The notes under the pieces were generated by a model. The model did not search any database, had not been told where the DNA came from, and saw only the letters and a list, made by a program, of their open reading frames with translations. Shown piece by piece: positions 21,124-32,389 of a DNA stretch of 40,829 bases. The stretch's first letter is position 1; each line of letters opens with the position of its first letter. The position numbers and the translations under genes were made by a program. The DNA comes from Octopus bimaculoides (taxonomy: Eukaryota): positions 14,477,665 through 14,518,493 of the forward strand of contig NC_068989.1 of the NCBI RefSeq assembly GCF_001194135.2. Direction: 5' to 3'.

Positions 21124-21789
21124 TTCCTCAACAGCTTCGTCTATTTGTAACCCTTAAATTAGCTTAACAGATGCCTTTAATAAATACACACTCCAAATTA
21201 GCTACCTTAACATCTGACTTCCCTTTTAACAACTTCTTATATCACGGTGTCCCTGAATGTGTTCCTCACATTACGCAGGGGAAGAGGGGCGGGGGTCCCC
21301 TTAATTTAGTTCCCTTAACTATTTCCTTCATCACAGCCCCCCCTTAAAATGGTAAATGGTAAATGGCCTTCCATTAATGAGTGTCTATATTACAGTCCCT
21401 AAATTGGTTGCCATAGCTACAGCTGGAATTAACAACCACTTGGGCTATCATTTCCACTGCAGATTTTCATTGTTCTTTCTTTGTATTTCTTTAATCACAA
21501 ACCCCTTTCTCTCCACCACCCCCCACCACCACCTCCTTTGCTAAGACATTCTTCACTTTCAGGGCTACCTTGCCAATACATCTACTCCGTCTAAACTACC
21601 ACTTTTGGTATTCACTTTCGGCCACCACCACCACCACCACCATCACCACCACCACCACCATCACCGCCACTACCTTTCAAGTACTCCTACTTCTTGTAAT
21701 TTTTTCCTCCTCCTCCTCTCCCCCTTCACTGTTTCATGCTTGTAAGGTTTTGCTGTTCTCTTCTGACAAATAAGAAAAAGTCATTCTTA

Positions 21790-21959
21790 TTTTACCTTCT
21801 TTTACTCGTTCCAGTCATTGGACAGCAGCCATTCTAAGGGACCACCCTGAAGGGCTTAGTTGAACAAATCAACACCAGTACTTATTTTAAATCTGGTGCT
21901 TAGTCTACGAGTTTCTTTTTTTCAAATCGTCAATGGGATATAAACAAACCAACACTGGT
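21790..21959 (-). mobile_element. Family A 3' half, older variant, running into a gap
   Basis: TTTTACTCGTT.CAGTCATTGGAC.GCAGCCAT...TTAGTTGAACAAATCAACACCAGTACTT...AAACAAACCAACAC. Confidence 0.6.
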
Positions 21960-22376
21960 NNNNNNNNNNNNNNNNNNNNNNNNNNNNNNNNNNNNNNNNN
22001 NNNNNNNNNNNNNNNNNNNNNNNNNNNNNNNNNNNNNNNNNNNNNNNNNNNNNNNNNNNNNNNNNNNNNNNNNNNNNNNNNNNNNNNNNNNNNNNNNNNN
22101 NNNNNNNNNNNNNNNNNNNNNNNNNNNNNNNNNNNNNNNNNNNNNNNNNNNNNNNNNNNNNNNNNNNNNNNNNNNNNNNNNNNNNNNNNNNNNNNNNNNN
22201 NNNNNNNNNNNNNNNNNNNNNNNNNNNNNNNNNNNNNNNNNNNNNNNNNNNNNNNNNNNNNNNNNNNNNNNNNNNNNNNNNNNNNNNNNNNNNNNNNNNN
22301 NNNNNNNNNNNNNNNNNNNNNNNNNNNNNNNNNNNNNNNNNNNNNNNNNNNNNNNNNNNNNNNNNNNNNNNNNNNT

Positions 22377-22540
22377 TGACAACCAATGTTGTGTGTATGT
22401 CCCCATAACTTAGCGGTTCAGCAAAAAAGGACTGATAGAATAAGTACGAGGCTTACAAAGCATTAGCCCTGGAGCCGATTTGTTCAACTAAAGGCAGTGC
22501 TCCAGCATGGCCGCAGACAAGTAAAAGAATTAAAAGAATG
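22377..22540 (+). mobile_element. Family A 3' half
   Basis: TTGACAACCAATGTTG...CCCCATAACTTAGCGGTTCAGC...GATAGAATAAGTAC...GGCAGTGCTCCAGCATGGCCGCAG...AAGTAAAAGAAT. Confidence 0.75.
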
Positions 22541-22664
22541 ATGGGCTTCCACACAGTTTCTATCTACCAGATCCGCTCACAAGTCATTGGCCTTCTTAGG
22601 GGTATGATAGAAGATACTTGCTCCTGGTACCATGTGGTTGCAAAGCACCTATATTATGACATGT

Positions 22665-22830
22665 GAGAGTTCAAATTCTGCCGAGGTCAATCTTTGCCTT
22701 TCAGTCTTTTGGGGTTGATAAAATAAGAACCGTTTGTGTACTGGGGGTTGATATAATTGACTATCCCCGTCCCCCAAATTTCAGGCCTTGTGCCTATAGT
22801 AGAAAGGATTATTATTATTATTATTATTAT
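22665..22830 (+). mobile_element. Family B 3' portion with (ATT)n tail
   Basis: GAGTTCAAATTCTGCCGAGGTCAA.CTTTGCCTTTCA...GATAAAATAAGAACC...CTGGGGGTTGAT...GCCTATAGTAGAAAGGATTATTATT. Confidence 0.75.
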
Positions 22831-22832
22831 CA

Positions 22833-23060
22833 TTAACTCTGCCTTCGCTAAGGCGGAGGTATTGTTTTCAGTCGTGTTCGTTAGTTTGTCCGTGGACAAG
22901 ATATCTCAAGAACTGCTGGATGAATTCAGATGAAGTTTTCAGGAATGTTTGGCCTCGTGACTGGCACAAACTCATTAGATTAGTCTGGTACCAGACAAGG
23001 ATTCTGGATTATTTTTCCTGTTTTTTTTTTCTTTTACTTAATTTTTGAGAGCAGTCGGGT

Positions 23061-23063
<3 letters not shown>
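22833..23063 (+). mobile_element. HINE/DINE-1-like (Helentron-associated) element
   Basis: Subterminal hairpin CTGCCTTCGCTAAGGCGG followed by AGGTATTGTTTTCAGTCGTGTTCGTTAGTTTGTCCG...GATATCTCAAGAACTGCTGGATGAATT.AGATGAA.TTTTCAGG, the architecture I recall for animal HINEs. Flanked by (ATT)n on both sides. Confidence 0.5.
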
Positions 23064-23092
<29 letters not shown>

Positions 23093-23358
23093 GAAGGAGA
23101 GAGAGCAATGCATGCCATCAAAGTGACTCTGAGGTACAAATATACAAAACCCATCATGACTACCTGTCTGATAAGGGCACACCAGACACATGCATCACAA
23201 ACATGTGCGCAACATGGAGATCTCATATTAAGGTAAACAGCACATGACCTTGCAGGTAGAACCTAAATAGAATTTTCTTCAGGTGGAATAGCCCATCCTA
23301 TTCAAAAAGGTCTCTGAATAAGGTTTGGTTCAAGATGTATTATTATTATTATTATTAT

Positions 23359-23390
<32 letters not shown>

Positions 23391-23399
23391 CTTTTTAGG

Positions 23400-23555
23400 G
23401 TGGTTGGTTAGCAGAATTGTTTGACTGTTAGTCAAAATGCTTTGTAGCATTATTTATTCTGGCTTTTTACATTCTGAGTTCAAATCTCACTGAGGTTGAA
23501 TTACCCTTTTAGCCTTTCAGAGTTCATAAAAATGAAAATACCAGTCAAATACTAT
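23400..23555 (+). mobile_element. Degenerate family B 5' portion
   Basis: TAGCAGAATTGTT...AAAATGCTT...ATTCTGAGTTCAAATCTCACTGAGGTTGA...CCTTTCAGAGTT.ATAAAAATGAAAATACCAGTC. Confidence 0.6.
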
Positions 23556-24010
23556 TTCCTCTTCTTCCCAACTGGGAAAATAAGTCTTTCAATGACTCCA
23601 CACCATTCTGACAGGTCCATTTTAGGACCCATTTCAAATGTGCTGGAATCGTTGACCACAGAACACTCTCTGGATGGTTTTTCGGTGAAATCTTGTGTAT
23701 GACAAGATTATATTCTTCCCCTGGTTATCCTCAACCGATTTTAGATTAGGTGTGCTGTATCCTTGTATGTCAAAAGAAATGACTAAAGGCATTTGCAACA
23801 AGCAGGACATCTGACCATAAAGCACAGCCTCAGAAAAACCCATTTAGCCTATGCTGTCACGAAAAAGCAGGTTTAAAATTATGATGATAATGAGGATATC
23901 AATGATTTGAACATATCCATGGTAATGTAATGGATACAGACCATACAAACCATGCAGTAGTACAACAGTATACCACAACACCACACAAGACTGCATTTAT
24001 GCTAATGGAA

Positions 24011-24137
24011 GTCAACCAACATGTAAAATTTCTTCAATGAGAGAGAAAAAGTATTCTTCTAGTTAGTGGTGTAATTACGTAACGAGCCTACTGTCATTGT
24101 TCATTATCTTCAATAATGCTGTCCAGGGTCATCTAGT
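24011..24137 (+). repeat. Unclassified ~125-bp dispersed duplication, copy 2
   Basis: Aligns with 20996-21123. Confidence 0.8.
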
Positions 24138-24844
24138 GGACACCAGCTTCCATTTAGGCATGCATTCTATTTAATTAACTCTACACTTCACTGCGAACTT
24201 TGTGGCTCTGTAGCTACCCCTTCTTTTTTTCTTTTTGCATTGCCCCTTTTAATTGGGTCTGCTTTTAGAGAAAGAGAGGAAAATATGGAGACTAATGTAT
24301 ATGTGAGTGAGCAATAGGATGAATGTATTGTGTGCATTTAAAGATAGACAGTATTGATGTGCCAGAATTGTGTGCTTCAATTGATGTGTTATTTCGCTTG
24401 TAATCAGAACCCCATGGTGGATCAGTAGGGTAGGGAGTGGGGACAACTGGGACTCTATTGCATAATGCTAGCCCAATGCATGTTGGTACTGATCAGCAAC
24501 TTATTACACTGGTCCCCAGTATTTTGCTGGTATATTATTTTATTAACCCTGGAAGGATGAAAAACAAAGTCATGACCCTAGCAGGAATTTGAACTCAGAA
24601 CATGAAGAGCCAGTGTAAATACCTTGTGGTATTTAATCCAGTGCTACCACTCTTTGTTTGTGGTTAAGAATTCTGCTACCCAACCAAATGGTTTTGGGCT
24701 TGGTTCCACTGTGTGGCTCCTTTGGCAAATGTCTTCTACTATAGCCCAAGGCTGACCACAGCCTTGAAAATGGATTTCATTGAAGAAACTGATATATACT
24801 TGTATATGGGTGAGTGTGAATATGTTTGTGTCTCCTTTTACCTA

Positions 24845-25020
24845 ATCGTAAATGAATGTCACTGCCATACAAGCAGTGTCGTTCATTTCAAATATTCTGC
24901 AAGACCATGTCTGGCCACAGGAAAATATTAACCTCACTTGAAAACTGGCGAGGATTCATGACAGGAAGAGCATCTGACGATTTCTCTGCTTCAGGTAACC
25001 TTGTGTGGCCCATGCAACCA
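24845..25020 (+). mobile_element. Family D repeat, diverged
   Basis: Colinear with 30345-30580 (GT.GTTCA.TTC.A...ATGTCTGGCCA..GGAAATATTA.CCT..TTG.AAAC...TGACA.GAAG..CATC). Confidence 0.55.
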
Positions 25021-25024
25021 TAGG

Positions 25025-25320
25025 ACATTCGAGCGAGTTCGTTGCCAGTACCGCTGGACTGGCTCTTGTGCAGGTGGCACGTAAAATACACCATTTCGAG
25101 CGTGGCCATTGCCAGTACCTCCTGACTGACTTTCGTAGCGGTGGCATGTAAAAGCACCCACTACACTCTCAGAGTAGTTGGCATTAGGAAGGGCATCCAG
25201 CTGTAGAAACTCTGCCAAATCAGATTGGAGCCTGGTGTAGCCATCCGGTTTCACCAGTCCTCAGTCAAATCGTCCAACCCATGCAAGCATGGAAAGCAGA
25301 CATTAAACGACTTTGATGAT
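25025..25320 (+). mobile_element. Family C element with two subrepeats and (GAT)n tail
   Basis: Reverse complement of the 9716-9990 pattern; contains TTGGCATTAGGAAGGGCATCCAGCTGTAGAAACTCTGCC. Confidence 0.85.
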
Positions 25321-26670
25321 GTTGGTGATATCCCAATAAGATGAACTTATACTTTTCTGTCTTATTATTATTATTTTATAAATTTCTCAAGTCTTTCTCT
25401 TCCCACACTCTTCACTTTATTTCTCAGATGTCGGTCCTTACCAAAAATAGATCTTTATTCCAGCTCACCATAATCACTGCGAGTTAACTGACTAATGATT
25501 TACACACACACACACTGTGGCTGGCTGCCCCAGACTTGGTCTGACCTCCCTTTCCACAGAGGTTAGTCCAGGATACTGCCTGATCCCTTGAACTGAGCAT
25601 GTTAATTCTAATCTCCACCACACATATTTATTCATTCATCCAACCATCCAGTTCTCTCCTGTAACAACATCCTGTTTTCCTTTCTCTAAGCCAAATATTT
25701 TTCTAGCCATCTTCTTTGGCTGAGATTCCACTCCCATATCATTGCCGTTCTATTGCCAGCAGTCAAGGCCTATCACACTTTCCTCTGTGTGTATGTNNNN
25801 NNNNNNNNNNNNNNNNNNNNNNNNNNNNNNNNNNNNNNNNNNNNNNNNNNNNNNNNNNNNNNNNNNNNNNNNNNNNNNNNNNNNNNNNNNNNNNNNATGT
25901 ATGTATGTATATATAGATATATACACATACGTGTGTGTGGCAGTATGGTTATGTGTGTATATATATATGGTTGTGTGTATGTATGTTTATATGTATGTAT
26001 AGGTGTGTGTCTGCTTCAGCAACAATTGGCAACATGGAACCGATTTTCCTTGTTCTCTTTTACCAAGGACTGTCCTGCAGGAAGTTTTTACTCTGTAAAA
26101 TTCATTTGGTAAATAATTAGCATTTTAAGGAACTCATTAAAATTTGCCGGGACAGAAACCCATTTTGATGATGGTGATGATGGTGGAAGCAAATAAAAAT
26201 GTGTTCTTGTCAATAATGTTTATCTTTGGGGGAAGGTTAAAGATAAAGTGAAGAAGTTCTGTTGCAAAGCAGAAAGGGTTGGCGGGGTGGGATGGGGTTG
26301 GGGGTGGAATTCTTTTGCTGTGTGTTGGTATTCATTCATGCCTTTCCTAAGAACATTTAGAAGTATAAGCAAATATAGTGAAAATGGTATTTGCAGCCAA
26401 GAATATTTTCTTTAAAAAAAAATAAAAAAAATAGAAACCTGAAACTCGTTTGCAGCAGTAGTGGTACAGTTGTGGTAGTAGTACTGGTGGTAGTAGTCGG
26501 AATAGTGGTTGTGGTGGAGGAAGTAGTGTTGGTGATGTTGCTGCAGATGATAGAGATTGTCGTAGCTGTAGTAGTGGTACTTTATAATTTTGGCATTTGG
26601 TCACCACTTAACAATGGGAAAGTGCCTTTTTGTCAGCTTGATTTATATTCACCTTAATGCTTTATTCAGC

Positions 26671-27004
26671 CTTACTCTTTACTCATTACTCTTTTACTTG
26701 TTTCAGTCATTTGACTGCAGCCATGCTGGAGCACCACCTTTAGTCAAGCAAATCGACCCCAGGACTTATTCTTTGTAAGCCTAGTACTTATTCCATCGGT
26801 CTCTTTTTGCCAAACTGCTAAGTTACAGGGACGTAAACACATCAGCATCGGTTGTCAAGCGATGTTGGGGGGACAGACACACAAACACACAAAAACACAC
26901 ATACATATACATATATACAACGGGCTTCTTCCAGTTTCCGTCTACCAAATCCACTCACAAGGCTTTGGTTGGCCTGAGGTTATAGTAGAAGACACTTGCC
27001 CAAG
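26671..27004 (-). mobile_element. Family A SINE lacking its tRNA head
   Basis: Complete 3' half and linker, CORE-like segment ending at GACACTTGCCCAAG, then replaced by CT/CA repeats. Confidence 0.85.
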
Positions 27005-27005
27005 T

Positions 27006-27082
27006 GTCTCTCTCCTTCCCTTTTTCTCACACACACACTGTGTATGTCTCTCTCTCTCTTTCTCTGATGGTGTATATGTCTT

Positions 27083-27119
<37 letters not shown>

Positions 27120-27300
27120 TCCCCCGTTCTCTCTCTCTCACTCTGTCTCTCTCTCTCCCTCTTTCTCACACACACACTGTGTATGTCTCTCTCTCTTTCT
27201 CTGATGGTGTATANNNNNNNNNNGTCTCTCTCCTTCCCTTTTTCTCACACACACACTGTGTATGTCTCTCTCTCTTTCTCTGATGGTTTATATGTCTGTC
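27006..27300. repeat. Compound CT/CA minisatellite, about three copies of a ~65-70 bp unit
   Basis: CCCT.TTTCTCACACACACACTGTGTATGTCTCTCTCTCT.TTTCTCTGATGG recurs at about 27016, 27157 and 27235, around a 10-N gap. Confidence 0.8.
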
Positions 27301-28941
27301 TGTCTCTCTTTCTCTCCTATCTCCCCCCATTCTCTTCTCTCTCTCTCTCCTATCTCCCCCCCCCATTCTCTTCTCACCTCACTTTCCGCATCCTGCTCTT
27401 TCTCTTTTTCTCCTCTTCTAAACACATACATAGTCTATATTATCTTTATCCCTACAACCACCACCACCACCACCAGTCCCACCGTCACCACTGCCACCAC
27501 CAACCCTATTCTGTCACTTCAGCCACCCAGTTTCCCTTGATGACTGGTCCTTGATTACTTAATTACAAAATCTCTGCTGCCCCGCAGGCATCAATTCACT
27601 CAACATTGCCCACCACGTTAGAACAACTCCCTCCAGTCTCTGCCCAGAAGAACACCCACTACAGATACCCCTCTCTCACAGTTATCCTCTAGCTCTGCCC
27701 TACTGCCCACCCTACCAACACCCCCCTCACACTCACATGCACACATGCACACTCACCTTACACGCCAACCCATCTCTACTCCCCCTTACATTCATTACCC
27801 ACCACAATGCATCGCCCTGCACTGCCCACCCCAGCTATAAAACCGCCTACCCCAGCTATAAAATCTTCTCCCCCGCCCCCACCAAACCACACTGCCTACC
27901 ACAACTCCTCCTTCTCGTTACCCACCTTAATTTCCACCTCCACTCTATACAACACTACTACTACTACTACCAGAGCTCTCGGGTCCTACCCACTGCACCC
28001 AGCCAGCCAGCCGCTATTACAAACTGTCTGGCTACCACAGCATNNNNNNNNNNNNNNNNNNNNNNNNNNNNNNNNNNNNNNNNNNNNNNNNNNNNNNNNN
28101 NNNNNNNNNNNNNNNNNNNNNNNNNNNNNNNNNNNNNNNNNNNNNNNNNNNNNNNNNNNNNNNNNNNNNNNNNNNNNNNNNNNNNNNNNNNNNNNNNNNN
28201 NNNNNNNNNNNNNNNNNNNNNNNNNNNNNNNNNNNNNNNNNNNNNNNNNNNNNNNNNNNNNNNNNNNNNNNNNNNNNNNNNNNNNNNNNNNNNNNNNNNN
28301 NNNNNNNNNNNNNNNNNNNNNNNNNNNNNNNNNNNNNNNNNNNNNNNNNNNNNNNNNNNNNNNNNNNNNNNNNNNNNNNNNNNNNNNNNNNNNNNNNNNN
28401 NNNNNNNNNNNNNNNTTTTTTTTTTTTTTTTGTTAATATTTTTCTGACGAAATTCATATTCAATCAAAATAAAACGATTTTTGACATTCATTTATTATGT
28501 ATTTTTATATATTTTGTGGGGGTTTTTTTTTTACAACTTTCTTTTTTTTTTTTTACAAAATAAAAAAACTTAATGACTGATTTTAATCAAAGATTTATTC
28601 AACATTTATAATAATTATTTTTGTTGTCTATTTTATTTTTTTAAATTTTATTTTTCTATTTTATTTTAAAGCATCAGTCTTCATCTGCATTTTGTTACAA
28701 ATGCTATTCACTCAGTGGTCCCTAACAATAATTGACTGTATTTAAATGACAATAACAATATCTGAAAGGAGTTAACGAATAAATAAATAAATAAATCTGA
28801 TCAAGCACTCATGCTTGTGTGTATGCATGCATGCGTGTGTGTGTGTGTTACAAATTCATAATTTTGCAGCATCAGTATGTATGTATGTATGTATGTGTAT
28901 ATGTGCGCACGCACACACACACACATACACACATATATATA

Positions 28942-29240
28942 GGCGCAGGCATGGCTGTGTGGTAAGAAGCTTCCCAACCACATGGTTCCAGGTTCAGTCC
29001 CACTGTGTAACACCTTGTGTGCAAATGTATGTATGTATATATATATATGTATATGTGTGTGTGTATATATATATATATGTATATGTGTGTGTGTGTATAT
29101 ATGTGTGTGTGTATATATATATGTTTGTGTCTGTGTTTGTCTCCCTGCTATTGCTTGACAGCCAATGTTGGTATCTTTACATCCCTGTAACTTAGTGGTT
29201 CAGCCAAAAAGACTGATAGAATAAGTCCCAGGGGTCGATG
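28942..29240 (+). mobile_element. Family A SINE with internal deletion
   Basis: Head GGCGCAGGCATGGCTGTGTGGTAAG...GGTTCCAGGTTCAGTCCC joins directly to the TA/TG linker, then the 3' half to GTCCCAGGGGTCGAT. Confidence 0.75.
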
Positions 29241-29555
29241 TCTTTGACACCCACACGTAAACACACTAACACACTTACATATACACGCAAGCACACCCAT
29301 ACATGCAAGAAACAGTGAAAGGAAAACTGATTTATTTTCGCATTAGTCAAATTAGATTGTCATTCATATAGGGAGTTAGCCAAAGTGGGTAATTTGCTGA
29401 TTTGTGAATACAACCAATGCATTAGTCTGGGTATTAAGGGCCTACTTCTGACCCTTTCCTACCACTGCACTCAGTAAACATTGAACATTTTGAATCACAA
29501 GATATCTGTGTGTCTTCACCATTTTCTTCTTTCTTAATATTTTCTCTTCTGTTAA

Positions 29556-29787
29556 GCCAGCGAGCTGGCAGAAACGTTAGCACGCCGGGCAAAATGCTTA
29601 GCGGTATTTCGTCTGCTGCTACGTTCTGAGTTCAAATTCTGCTGAGGTCGACTTTGCCTTTCATCCTTTCGGGGGTCGATAAATTCAGTACCAGTTACGC
29701 ACTGGGGTCGATGTAATCGACTTAATCCCTTTGTCTGTCCTTGTTTGTCCCCTCTATTGCCCCTTGTGGGCAATAAAGAAATAAGAA
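29556..29787 (+). mobile_element. Family B SINE, full length
   Basis: GCCAGCGAGCTGGCAGAAACGTTAGC...GAGTTCAAATTC...GTCGACTTTGCCTTTCATCCTTTCGGGGGTCGATAAA...GGGCAATAAAGAAATAAGAAA. Confidence 0.9.
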
Positions 29788-29877
29788 ACGTTAGCATGCC
29801 GGGCGAAATGCTTAGAGGTATTTCATCTGTCTTTACGTTCTGAGTTCAAATTCCGCCAAGTATAAACTTTGCTTTTT
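29784..29877 (+). mobile_element. Second, 5'-truncated family B copy in tandem, running into a gap
   Basis: AGAAACGTTAGCATGCCGGGCGAAATGCTTAG...TTCTGAGTTCAAATTCCGCC directly follows the tail of the first copy, sharing AGAAA. Confidence 0.8.
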
Positions 29878-30263
29878 NNNNNNNNNNNNNNNNNNNNNNN
29901 NNNNNNNNNNNNNNNNNNNNNNNNNNNNNNNNNNNNNNNNNNNNNNNNNNNNNNNNNNNNNNNNNNNNNNNNNNNNNNNNNNNNNNNNNNNNNNNNNNNN
30001 NNNNNNNNNNNNNNNNNNNNNNNNNNNNNNNNNNNNNNNNNNNNNNNNNNNNNNNNNNNNNNNNNNNNNNNNNNNNNNNNNNNNNNNNNNNNNNNNNNNN
30101 NNNNNNNNNNNNNNNNNNNNNNNNNNNNNNNNNNNNNNNNNNNNNNNNNNNNNNNNNNNNNNNNNNNNNNNNNNNNNNNNNNNNNNNNNNNNNNNNNNNN
30201 NNNNNNNNNNNNNNNNNNNNNNNNNNNNNNNNNNNNNNNCATAGAGAGGCACAGAGAGGTGTA

Positions 30264-30313
<50 letters not shown>

Positions 30314-30344
30314 CACACACATACCCTTGTCCTCAAATCATGTC

Positions 30345-30580
30345 ATGATTGTAAACGAGCGACATCACCGTCATACTAGCATCGTTGTTCACTTCCAGTC
30401 TTCCATGGAAAAAATGTCTGGCCATTAGGAAATATTAGCCTGATTGGAAACAGAATGGTGAGTTCCCATGAATGACAAGAAGGACATCCAGCCATCAAAA
30501 AATCTGCCTTAATAAACTCCATCTGACCCTGCAAGCGTGGAAAACTGGACATTAAATAATAATGATGACAATGATGATGT
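30345..30580 (+). mobile_element. Family D repeat with (GAT)n-like tail
   Basis: Shares its core with 24845-25020 and a 3' end GAAGGACATCCAGCC...GCAAGCGTGGAAAACTGGACATTAAA...GATGATG related to family C. Confidence 0.6.
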
Positions 30581-30820
30581 ATCTAGGAACTTATCCCTTT
30601 TTAAGATCATAGGGTGTCGTTGTGTGAATGAGGTTTGGATTGAGTAAACAATTAGAGGAAAAATGCCCATAGCCATTTTTCTTTCAGAATTAAGATATTT
30701 CATAATTGGATAAATTTATCCGGATAGATACCTGTAATAGTCTTAGGTTACCTTTAGTACTTAGATAACATCATATTAGATGTTGATTTGACAAATCTAT
30801 CAAATACTCGATTTTTTTAT

Positions 30821-31041
30821 TCTTTTACTTGTTTCAGTCATTTGACTGTGGCCATGCTAGAGCACTGCCTTTTTAGTTGAGCAAATCAACCCCAGGACTT
30901 ATTCTTTGTAAGCCTAGTACTTATTCTGTCGGTCTCTTTTGCCGAACTGCTAAGTTATGGGGACGTAAACACAACAGCATCGATTGTCATGCGATGTTGG
31001 GGGACAAACACAGACACACAAACATATACACACAAGCATAT

Positions 31042-31074
<33 letters not shown>

Positions 31075-31425
31075 NNNNNNNNNNNNNNNNNNNNNNNNNN
31101 NNNNNNNNNNNNNNNNNNNNNNNNNNNNNNNNNNNNNNNNNNNNNNNNNNNNNNNNNNNNNNNNNNNNNNNNNNNNNNNNNNNNNNNNNNNNNNNNNNNN
31201 NNNNNNNNNNNNNNNNNNNNNNNNNNNNNNNNNNNNNNNNNNNNNNNNNNNNNNNNNNNTATGATGGTCTTCTTTCAGTTTCCATCTACCAAATCCACTC
31301 ACAAGGCTTTGGTCGGCCCGAGGCTATAATAGAAGACAATTGCCCTTGGTGCCACGCAGTGGGACTGAACCCAGAACCATGTGGTTCGTAAGCAAGCTAC
31401 TTACTACACAGCCACTCCTACACCT
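30821..31425 (-). mobile_element. Family A SINE, full length, with a gap in its microsatellite linker
   Basis: 3' half at 30821-31020, TA linker running into gap 31075-31259, 5' half at 31260-31425. Confidence 0.85.
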
Positions 31426-31439
31426 ATAAAACATTCCCT

Positions 31440-31578
31440 TCATCATCATCATCATCCTCATCACCACCACCATTTAATGTCCATGTTCCAGACTGGCATG
31501 GGTTGAATGGTTTGACAGGATCCGATGGGCTCAAGGACTTCATTGTACTCCAGGGTCTGCTTTGACATGGTTTCTGTA
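31440..31578 (-). mobile_element. Family C variant, 3' fragment
   Basis: (CAT)n then CATTTAATGTCCATGTTCCA..CTGGCATGGGTTG.ATGGTTTGACAGG...GGTTTCT. Confidence 0.6.
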
Positions 31579-31881
31579 GAGGTCAAATCTGGCAGGTTTA
31601 CATACTAAAGTGTTAAACCCTTAGTAATATTTAATATAACAGAAGTGTCCCTGTGGACAGTTAAAGAGAATGCTTGGTTACTGATGATATCCCAAAACAG
31701 GACCAAAACTAGTCTGGCTGCTTCCTCTTTTTCTTTCCACAGAGATATTGTTTATAAAACCAATACTTGGTTCTGTCTGTTACATAACAGTATCAGCTTT
31801 GATTGTAGATCTGCTTGGTTAGGAGTTTAACCTGGGGCTAAACTACTACTACTATCACACGACCACCACCACCACCACCAT

Positions 31882-31924
<43 letters not shown>

Positions 31925-32077
31925 TGCTGTTATCAATATTATTGCTATCACCACCACCCCTAATATTTACACACAGAGTAAGATTGTTTTGTCACTTGAA
32001 CAAATGCAAAAATGAGGGAATTTCAGAGTGGCAACATTAATTTATTTGCTTCAAATGTGCGTGTGTGCATATATATA

Positions 32078-32113
<36 letters not shown>

Positions 32114-32137
32114 TGCGTGTGTATGTATGTATGTATG

Positions 32138-32213
<76 letters not shown>

Positions 32214-32295
32214 CAATAGACAGTACAGGGTCAGAATGGTGTGTGTGTGTGTGTGCATGTGCATGTCTATTTAAACATGTGGGAGTTTCAGGACA

Positions 32296-32389
32296 TATAG
32301 CATGTGTTGTGCATGCATATATATTTATATATATATATATATATATACATACACACACACACACATATGCATGCACAACACATGCTATA
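32296..32389. repeat. Perfect 25-bp inverted repeat around a TA/CA microsatellite
   Basis: TATAGCATGTGTTGTGCATGCATAT (32296-32320) and ATATGCATGCACAACACATGCTATA (32365-32389); the right arm abuts a gap. Confidence 0.9.

Noticed and set aside
23095-23335. Likely retroelement 3' fragment
   Set aside because: Only one copy is in the window and there is no diagnostic terminus or protein motif, so it cannot be supported from this sequence alone.
31743-31830. Strong plus-strand acceptor CTTCCTCTTTTTCTTTCCACAG
   Set aside because: There is no clear donor, all frames stop within about 30 codons, and the peptides are unrecognisable.
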